This document shows positions 54,493-64,000 of a DNA stretch of 64,000 nt, piece after piece. The stretch comes from Octopus vulgaris (lineage: Eukaryota). Position 1 is the stretch's first letter, and each line of letters starts with the position of its first letter. Location: contig OX597822.1 of assembly GCA_951406725.2 (NCBI GenBank), positions 23,746,001 to 23,810,000 of the forward strand, read 5' to 3'. Both the position numbers and the translations under genes were made by a program. Under the pieces are notes generated by a model. It saw only the letters and a program-made list of their open reading frames with translations. It made no database searches and had not been told where the DNA came from.

Positions 54493-54631
54493 TATGTGCG
54501 CATGTATTTATTCTTGTTTCTTCTGTTACTTGTTTCAATCATTTGACTGCGGCCATACTGGAGCACCGCATTTAGTCGAACAAATCAACCCAAGGCTTAT
54601 TCTTTGTAATCCTAGTACTTATTCTATCGGA

Positions 54632-55175
54632 GAATGGATTGGGTGGAAGGCAGAGGGAGGAGAGGAGGAAGTAAGCTTGGGAACGTTGGTGGTCAAGTGA
54701 GTGGAGGAGGGACCGGGTCGAATGGATGGTGGAACTGATGAGGAGGCGGGAAGTGCGGGCGAGGGTGGGCTCGATGAAGAGGGAGGAATATGGAGTAGCG
54801 TGGAACTTCAAGAGGAAGCCACGGGGTGTGGCGTGATGGCGGAGGCAACGGCTAAGAAAAGAGAGATTGCTAGAATGTCGAGGTTTTTTAAAAGGCAAGT
54901 GAGTTTTTTTTTTGCGGGTTGCAAGCAATGGGGATGGAAAAGAGGAAAGAAAACTGTAAAGAAGGGATTGAAGTTGCTGGAGGAAGGAGTAGAGGTCAGG
55001 CATGGTGAGAGGGTGTGAATGTCGGTGTAGGTTTTATTGGTGGCGACAAGAAGGAAAAGAGAAAGAGAAAAGGGGAGGAGAGTAGAAGTAGAACAGAACA
55101 TAGGTAGAAGGACGAGAATTTTGCCAATGATGTATGTTTTGATTTCAAGTTTATTGACGGGAAAATACCAAGTCA
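54632..55175 (-). mobile_element. 5' end / N-terminal domain of a Penelope-like ORF abutting a SINE
   Basis: RHSSNLSFLSRCLRHHATPRGFLLKFH resembles the FLxRC...PKG/PRG motif at PLE N-termini. Confidence 0.6.
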
Positions 55176-55379
55176 AATCCCTTTGAGCAACTTATCAACA
55201 TCGAGCGAATTTGACGGAAAAAGTGACGAAGAGTAACATACTTCGTCATGTTGCCCTATCGAAATAAATGTCACAGCAAGCGTGCACCACTCTCATTTAG
55301 AGAATACATTTTCACAAGCACGAGAGCTTTCAATATGTAACACATGAAATATCATTCTCGAAGGACCAATATATATATA

Positions 55380-55745
55380 GTGAAACAGTTATATTTCAAA
55401 TGAAACACGAATAGAGATTTGATAGAGGTGAATATTCCAGGTTGGGTTGTAGATCCATTTGAAGCAAAAACAGCTGATGTTGACAGTAAATTCTTGGAAG
55501 TAGGGTCTCGTTGAGTTTCAAAATGAGGAAGCAGCGAAAGCGAGATTCAAATCCGACAAACAAAATTCATAGTAAAATACAAACAAAATTCATAGTAAAA
55601 ATTGCTAGAAGTTTCCATATCTCTGGAAGAAAGTTAATATATATTTTATTATATTTTATCTTGTTGAATGTGGCTTTAGCTGTTTGACTTATCTACTGTC
55701 AAAAGCTTGAAACTACCTTGATGATATAAGGGGAGGTGATCTTTA
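55380..55745 (+). mobile_element. hAT (Buster/Charlie-like) transposase C-terminal remnant
   Basis: IPGWVVDPF..., FPYLWKK, YLVECGFS..LLSK, GDL, matching the hAT dimerisation domain. Confidence 0.7.
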
Positions 55746-56339
55746 GCAGTAACACCGATTACAGGTGGATGAGGATAAGCATGAGATTGTATCATCAACA
55801 GAGCTGATTCTGAATAAAGTGACAATTTTGTCAGAACGTGGAACAAATATTGTGCATTAATTTTTATCGATGACTACGCCAATCTTAGTTCAAATCCTGC
55901 CGAGGTCACCATTAACTTTTTATCCTTTCATAGTTGATAACATAGAATAGGAAAACAGTTCAGAGTAGTGACTGGTGAAACTATCTGTTGCTACTGCTGT
56001 CTCAGTTTCATTCCCTCCCTTCCTCTTTATTTCTTTGTCACTTGTCTATCGTCTCTCTCTTCCGCTTTCTTTTCTGCCTCCTTCTGACTTCTTCGTTCAG
56101 CTGTCATGATCTATTAGCTTTCTTTCCCCTTTCAGTATGCCCAGCGACTGCATAGATTTCCCATCTTGCTGCTATTATTCACATTTGCTCAGTGGTATCG
56201 TCTTAAAAGTGTCGAAACTATGAAAAGCCTAAGGTAGGCAGCTGAAAGAGGTGACATTTTGTTTGGTGTATGTTCTCATAGATTATGCCTAATGCCTCCC
56301 ACATACACACGCTCACACACACATACACAAACACACACA

Positions 56340-56406
<67 letters not shown>

Positions 56407-56544
56407 CAGAGAGACAGAGATAGACAAGCAAGCAGACAGACAGACAGACAGAGAGGAGATAGATAGATACATACATACAGACAGACAGACAGACAAACAG
56501 ACAGGCAGATAGACAGACAGACATAGATAGATAGAGACAGACAA

Positions 56545-56611
<67 letters not shown>

Positions 56612-57000
56612 TGTATGTATGCATGCGTGTATATTTATGCATATACATATACACACAAATGCAAATTAAATAGCTATTGGTGTATTCGTTGTAACAACTG
56701 AGAGCCTTGTTTTATGCCTCCCCGAATATATGACTAGTACTTAAATGTTTCGTGCCTATGAAAGACGAAAGGAAATTTTCAAAAATCATCGATATAGCTT
56801 GAACTCGGCACACAACGAGCAAAACTAAAACATCTGTACCCCGAGCTATTGGTTTCCTATATTACTGCAATACCAGTAATACAATATCGTCTTGGTACCA
56901 GTAATATATTCTCATTACGTCAATTAGAGTTTATATGTTAAATAGTCTCTTCGTCAATCATTTCAATCGCTGACAGTGGAAAGACATTAATATTAATCCA

Positions 57001-57004
57001 CAAC

Positions 57005-57097
<93 letters not shown>

Positions 57098-57133
57098 AGT
57101 TCCTGCTATCATCATTGTGCTGATGGTAGTAGC

Positions 57134-57164
<31 letters not shown>

Positions 57165-57291
57165 ATTGTTTTTGTTATCGTTGTTGATGTGGTAGTGGCG
57201 ATGGTAGTAGTTGTGCTGGTTGTTGTAGTAGTAGTGGTTGTAGTGGTGAGGATGAAAGTAGCAGTAGCAGCAGCAGTAGTAGTTTGTAGTG

Positions 57292-57339
<48 letters not shown>

Positions 57340-57960
57340 TAGCATTAAATGATGGTGATGCCGAGTAGGAGAGGACGCTCGTGCAGTAACATCAACAGCA
57401 GCAACAGCAGCAAGACCACCACCAGCAGCAACAGCACTGCAGCAGCAGTAACAACACCAGTTGCAACAGCAGCATTATCGTATCCAAATCTGCAACAACA
57501 GCAATACCATCAGGAACAGAAGCAGGAGCATTATCAACAAAACCAACAGCAGCATCAGCAGCAACAGCAGTAGTGTGAGGAGCAATATCTGCAGTGAGAC
57601 CAGTAACAACAGCAGCAGTAATAGTAGCAGCAGCAGCAGCAGCAGTAGTTTTGTTTATAAAGCAGTGGTGAAATTAATTCATAAATTCATAAAAAATCTG
57701 CTGCTACTGTCATTATTGTTGTTGTCGTTTGGTCATGATGGTGGTGGTGGTGGTGGTGGTGGTGGTGGCATCGGCGGTGATTGTGGTACTGACAGTGGCG
57801 GAGGAGGTGGTCTGGGTGAAGGAGAGGTGGTGATGATAGCGGTGGTGGTGATAGCGATGGTGATAGAAGCATCGTTAAGGGTGGTGTTGGTGATGATAAC
57901 GACGACGATGATGTTGATGATTATGATGATGATGGTGGTGGTGGTGGTGGTGGCGGCGGC
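57001..57960. repeat. Mixed trinucleotide low-complexity tract (GTA/GTT/CAG/GGT)
   Basis: Direct reading; the tract continues at 58548-58935. Confidence 0.95.
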
Positions 57961-57993
57961 GAAGAAGTTGGTTGGTAGTGGAGTGTGGTTGTC

Positions 57994-58547
57994 GGTATTT
58001 CGTGGTAGTTCAAATTCCGCCGAGGTCGACTTTGACTTTCATCCTTTCGGGGTCGATTAAGTAAGTACCAGTTACGCACTGGGGTTGATATAATCGACTT
58101 AATCCGTTTGTCTGTTCTTGTTTGTCCTTTCTGTGTTTAGCCCCTTGTGGGTAGTAAAGAAATAGGTATTTCGTCTGCCGTTACGTTCTGAGTTCAAATT
58201 CCGCCGCGGTTGACTTTGCCTTTCATCCTTTCGGGGTCGATTAAATAAGTACCAGTTACGCACTGGGGTTGATATAATCGACTTAATCCGTTTGTCTGTT
58301 CTTGTTTGTCCTTTCTGTGTTTAGCCCCTTGTGGGTAGTAAAGAAATAGGTATTTCGTCTGCCGTTACGTTCTGAGTTCAAATTCCGCCGCGGTTGACTT
58401 TGCCTTTCATCCTTTCGGGGTCGATTAAATAAGTACCAGTTACGCACTGGGGTTGATATAATCGACTTAATCCGTTTGTCTGTCCTTGTTTGTCCCCTCT
58501 GTGTTTAGCCCCTTGGGGTAGTAAAGAAATAGGTATTTCGTGGTAGT
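57994..58547 (+). mobile_element. Tandem trimer of headless SINE family A units (184-bp period) flanked by a 16-bp direct repeat
   Basis: ggtatttcgt recurs at 57994, 58165, 58349 and 58532; ggtatttcgtggtagt occurs at both ends. Confidence 0.92.
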
Positions 58548-59884
58548 ATTGGTGGTTGTGAAGGTTGTGGTGGAGCCGGTACACATGATGGTGGTGGTGA
58601 TGGTGACGGTGGTAGTGGAGCAGGCTGTGGCGCTACAGGAGGTGGCGGCGGTTGTGGTGGTGGTGGTGGTGGTGGTGGTGGTGGTGGAGGTGGTGAAGTA
58701 GTAGAGGAGGCGATGGCGACGGCGATAAAAGCAATGATGGCGACAGCGGCGCCAGTGTTGGTGACAATACACTTGCTGCAACAGTTGCTATAGTTGCAGC
58801 AACTAGTGGTGCTGCTACTATTGCTGCTGCTGCTTCTGCTGCTGCCGTTGCAGCTGCTATCGTTGCTGCTGTTGCTGTTATTTAGTTGCTCTTCCAGTTA
58901 CTGCTGCGGCTGCTGCTGCTGCTACTGATGATGATGTTTAACTTCAGACTATTATATCTGATCCGGGAGACGATCTGCAATGAAAGATATTCCACCTCCA
59001 AGGCCGTCGACGCTTTAATGTTTCAGAAACAATGTTTACCTAGGACTACGTTAACCAACAAGTGCTACTATATATATATATTTAAAGACGGAATTGTGCG
59101 ATTAGAGGGAGATTTGGCTGCTATTTCTACCAGGCTTTCTCATATTCTTTTCTACTCTAGGCACAAGGCCCAAAATTTTGGGGGAGGGAGCCAGTCGATC
59201 AGATCGACCCCAGCACGCCACTGGTACTTAATTCATCGACCCCGAAAGGATGAAAGGCAAAGTCGACCTCGGTGGAATTCGAACTTAGAACGTAAAGACA
59301 GACGAAACACCGCTAAGCAGTTCGCCCGGCGTGCTAACGTTTCTTGTTTCTTTATTACCTACAAGGGGCTAAACATAGAGGGGACAAACAAGGACAGACG
59401 AAGGGATTAAGTCGATTACAGCGAACCCAGTGCGTAACTGGTACTTAATTTATCGACCCTGAAAGGATGAAAGGCAAAGTCGATCTCGGCGGAATTTGAA
59501 CTCAGAACGTAACGGCAGACGAAACACCGTTAAGCATTACGCCCGGCGCACTAACGATTCTGCCAGCTCGCCACCTCAGGCTCCCTCATATTTGTTTATT
59601 AGCATTTCATAGTAATTGTTAATGGTTGCTGTTAATAACGCTTCTGTTGTTATTGTTGTTGCTGTTATTGTTTAATTTCAGGTTAGCTCTGATCGCTCCA
59701 CCCGTGACCATCCCAACATCTTGATATAGCTTGGACTATTGATATAGTAAGAAACGCATATCTTCATTTTGTTTTCTAGAAGACTGCCCATTGGTTGATA
59801 GAGTTTGATAAGAGGGAGATGTGGCTGCTACTTCGGGAAGGTCGAAGGATCACATACAGGTGCTCCCGTTGGATTTGCTTCCTC

Positions 59885-61050
59885 GTTATTGTGGTTGCTA
59901 GTCTTGCTGTTGCAGTTGTTGCTGATGTTGCTGATGCACGTGTCATTATTGCCGTTACTGTTGCTGATTTTGCAATTATTGCTGCGGCTACCTATCAACG
60001 CTGTTGTATTACTGCTGTAGTTTCCGTTCTGCGTGTTGCTGCTGTTTCCTATACTACTGCTGTAGTTGCTGTTGCATACGTTGCTGATGTTGCCTATATT
60101 GCTGCTGTAGTTTCTGCTCTGCGTTTTGCTGCGTGTGTTGCTGCTGTTGCCTATATTACTGATGTTATTGCTGCTGTTGATGCTGCACTTGTTGGTGCTG
60201 TTGCTGATGATGCCTATATTACTGCTGCTGTTGACGCTGCACATGTTGCTGCTCTTGCTGCTGCTGTTGATTCTTCACATGTTGCAGCTGTTGCCTATAT
60301 TACTGCTGTTATTGCTGCTGTTGATGCTGCACTTACTGGTGTTGTTGCTGATGTTGCCTACATTACTGCTGCTGTTGACGATGCACATGTTGCTGCTCTT
60401 GCTGCTGCTGTTGATTCTTCACATGTTGCAGCTGTTGCCTATATTACTGCTGTTATTGCTGCTGTTGACGCTGTACATGTTGCTGATGTTGCCTATATTA
60501 CTGATGCTATTGCTGCTGTTGATGCTGCACTTGTTGGTGTTGTTGCTGATGTTACCTATATTACTGCTGTTGTTGCTGCTGCACATGTTGTTGCTGCTGT
60601 TGCCTATATTATTGCTGTTGCTTACATTACTGTAGTTGCTGCTGCTGTTGATGCTGCACTTGTTGCTTATTCTACTGCTTCTGCAACCGTTGACGATACT
60701 GTTGCTGATGCTGCTACGGTTAGTCCTGTTGCAGCGATTTCTCTCGTACTTACTGCTACTATCATCACCATTGCTGCTGATGTTCTTCCTGCTGCGCATG
60801 TTACCGCTACACATACCATTGTTGCTACAGCAGTTAATATTACTGTTCCTGATGCACTAGATGCAGTACCTCTTTCCTACCCTTAACGCTGCTGCACAAA
60901 TTGCTGCTGCTGTTGCTACCATTGTTGCTGCTGTAGTCACATCAGCAAGTCCACTTGTTGCTGCTACTGCTGCTGCTGCTGTTGCCTATATTATTGCTGC
61001 CGCTACCGTCGACGTTGCTGCTGCTGCTGTTGATGTTGTTGTTGCTGTTG
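59885..61050. repeat. GCT/GTT-derived minisatellite with 144-bp higher-order repeat
   Basis: Recurrent gttgcctatattactgctg; two 144-bp units at ~60146-60433. Confidence 0.9.
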
Positions 61051-61651
61051 AGCGTTTCGGTCTTCGTCCCTTAGTAGGGGAAATCCGAAACGTGGTCCTT
61101 TGCTATTCGTAAGACCCACAGAAGGGAAAGCAGGTCAACCCCCGACACCGAGAGCATCGACGGATGGATGAATGCGCATCCAGGCTCAGCGGTTGTGTAG
61201 GAAGTCGGGGACAAGAAACAGGAAGAAAGAGTGAGAGAAAGTTGGGGTGAAAGAGTACAACAGGGGTCGCCACCACCTCCTGCCGGAGCCTCGTGGAGCT
61301 TTTAGGTGTTTTCGCTCAATAAACACACACAGCGCCCGGTCTGGGAATCGAAACCGCGATCCTCCGACCGCGAGTCCGCTGCCCTAACCATTGGGCCGTT
61401 GCGCCTCCACTGCTGCTGCTGGAGTTCATCCTATTGCAGCAGTTTCTCCTGTTCTTATTACTGTTGCACAAATTACTGCTGCTGTCACAAATGTTGCTGA
61501 TGCAGTCTCTGCTGCACTTGTTGCTGCGTGCTGTTGACGTTACTATTGCTCATATTACTACAGTCTGTGTTGCTGCAGTATTCTTTTTACTTGTATTGCT
61601 GCTGTACAAATTACTGCTGCGGTGCATTTTTGTTGTAGCCCCTACGGCTCA

Positions 61652-61868
61652 TACGAGAGGGTACCGAAAAGTTCCTGGCTTTAAGGGTAACTTGAAAGGC
61701 CTACTCGGAGGCCCAACCTTCCGAGTTCTTTTACAGGGCTTAGGAAAACCGAAGGACCGCTGCAATGAATGTGTGAATCTGAGAGGGGAATATCGTAAAT
61801 AAAAGCATAACTGATCCACCTGCATTTTCTTTCATCCATCGCCAGGAACTTTTCAGCAGACCCTTGTA
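61652..61868 (+). mobile_element. Complete mariner-derived MITE
   Basis: TIRs TAcgagagggtaccgaaaagttcctggc / gccaggaacttttcagcagacccttgTA; internal transposase C-terminus DRCNECVNLRGEY. Confidence 0.88.
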
Positions 61869-64000
61869 TTGCTTTTCCAGTAATATGCGAAAGGACTGAA
61901 TACTCTTATGATCAAAACAGTAGAATGTGCATTGAGGGAGTTTGGCTGCTATATCTAACAATATTCACGCAATCATATCTTCTTTTATCTTAACCTGTTT
62001 CAGTCATTGGACAGCGGCTATACAGGAGCACCACCTCGAAGGGTTTTAGTTGAACAAATCGACCCCAGTGCATAATTTCTTTTTAAGTCCGGTACTTATT
62101 CTAGCCGTCAATTTGCTGCAAACCAACATTAGTTGTTAAGCATGTATGTGTATGTGTTCGACGGGCCTCTGCACAGTTTCTGTCTACCAAATTCAATTGG
62201 TCAGCCCGGGACTACAGTAGAAGACACTTGCCCAAGATGTCACGCAGTTGGCCAAAACTCGAAACCGCGCGGTTGGAAAGCGACCTTCTTAACCACATCG
62301 CCAAGCTTGCGATTATAGCATATGGGTGTTAATGCTAATGTTAGAATTTGTTTTGTGCTGTTTTATATTTTAATCAGGAAGGAAAGACAGCGTCCATCAC
62401 CCTGACACTGGTAGGAAAGAATGAAGAAGGTATCGTGAAACAGCAGACCCGGCACGAATGCTTACATCTGATCAACAACCGCTAAAGTTACCCAAGGTGC
62501 CGGATAATGGTGTCAAACCGAAGGGATGGATTAAATCTATCGCCCAACTTGCTACTGTTTTTAATTGATGCTTCATTGTTGCTGTTAATTATTGTTGCCC
62601 TTGTTGTTATTAAGGTGAGTGAAATTTCGGCTCATGATCATAAAGCCGTGCGTTCGATTCCTGGACTAGGATGGGAGGTGCGTTGTGTTTTTGAGCAAAG
62701 CTCATTATTTCACGTTCTTTCAGTCTACTCAACTGAAAATGAGTAGCGGCCGTAATGCTGGTTCAGCCCTCCCTCACCTTCCAGATGTCACACCCTCGAT
62801 GTTCCCCCATATCAAAGGCTGGAGAGCTGGCCGTGTTCCCATGTCTATTCACAACTACACAGGTGGAGGCGCGTGACTTAGTGGTTAGGGTGTTGAATTC
62901 ATGATCATGAGACTGTGGTTTCGATTCCTGAACCGGGCGACGCGTTGTGTTCTTGAGCAAAACACTTCATTTCACGTTACTCCAGTCCACTCAGCAGGCA
63001 AACATGAGTAATTCTACGATGGACCGGCGTCCCGTCCAAGAGGGGAATTCATACGCCATGAAAGCGGCAAACCGTATGAGTCGTTATGACTCGAGAATGT
63101 AACGTTACCTTTTTTACTACAGCTACACTAGCACTAAGACGATTAGTGAAAGCATAGGACAAGCCGCCAACTCATTCTCGCTTGCGAGAGACGGCTAAGC
63201 TTCTTGTTCATATTGTTTGGGTGTTGTTGTTGTTAAGGCTAGAGCTGCTGTTGCTTTTGCTTTTGCTATTGTTGCTATTGTTGCTGCAGCTTAGGGCGAT
63301 GAATTGGCAGAATTGTTAGAGTGACTGATAAGATACTTTGCGGTATTTGTTCCCACCGTCGACGTTCTAAGTTCAAATCCCACGGAAGCAATTTTACATC
63401 TCATCCTTTCAGGATCGATAAAATAAAGTACCAATCCAGTACTGGCTCCGATGGTATCGACTAATACCCCTCCTAAATTGCTGGTCTTTTGCCTACATTA
63501 GAATGTATTATTGTTGTTGGTTAATCCACCTATATGGAGGCACATGGCCTAGTGGTTAGAGCAGCGGACTCGGGGTCGAGGAATCGCGGGTTCGAATCTC
63601 AGACCGGGCGAAACACCTAAGCCCCACGCTTATGAGCGAAACACCTAAGCTCCGCGTGGCTCCGGCAGAAGGTAATGGCGAACTTCTGCTGAATCTTTCG
63701 ACGCAACTTTCACTCTTTCCTCCTGCATCTTGCAGCTCACCTGCGACGGACTGACGTCCCGTCCAGGTGGGGAACCTATACGCCAAGGAAACCGGGAAAC
63801 CAGCCCTTATTAGCCAGGCGTGATTCGAGAAGGAACGAATAATCCACCTATATGTTCTGGGTTCGAATTCTGTTGAGGTCGACTTTACTTTTCATCCTCT
63901 CAGGGTCGATAAAATAATTACCAGCTGAGCACTGAAGCCGATGTAAGAGATTAGCCCCCTCCCTCAAAATTTCAGGCCTTGTGCCTACGGCAGAAAGGAT

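Noticed and set aside
57349-58060. Gln-, Ser- and Gly-rich ORFs resembling transcription-factor low-complexity regions
   Set aside because: Mixed trinucleotide tracts running into a SINE, with no folded domain.
57994-58547. Regularly spaced repeats suggestive of a CRISPR array
   Set aside because: The units are whole SINE bodies without unique spacers, in a eukaryotic context.

Overview
This window is AT-rich, microsatellite-laden animal genomic DNA. The tRNA-derived SINE families and (TA)n/(TAA)n-targeted elements resemble those of octopus/coleoid cephalopods, which is an inference. I could not identify any host protein-coding exon, and almost all long ORFs in the supplied track are microsatellite artefacts. 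The identifiable content is transposable-element debris. Penelope-like elements (PLEs) dominate: one young RT+GIY-YIG copy with a ~930-bp inverted pseudo-LTR at 41.8-45.6 kb, Naiad-like fragments, and many short non-autonomous fold-back derivatives. Also present are RTE LINEs, three R4/Dong 3' ends stacked in one (TAA)n tract, Helitrons, mariner/maT/hAT fragments and MITEs, a Mag-like gypsy remnant, and more than 25 SINE copies. The main hidden signal is a dense set of minimal type-I hammerhead ribozymes (HHRs) in the PLE-derived pieces: about 20 recognisable motifs, 7 with a canonical core. Each family carries its own palindromic loop 3, ranging from 2 to 10 nt. Two PLE families carry a U3:A8 compensatory core (UUGANAA), and several junctions fall at the ribozyme helix III/cleavage site. 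All motifs and coordinates were read by eye, so repeat boundaries are approximate.
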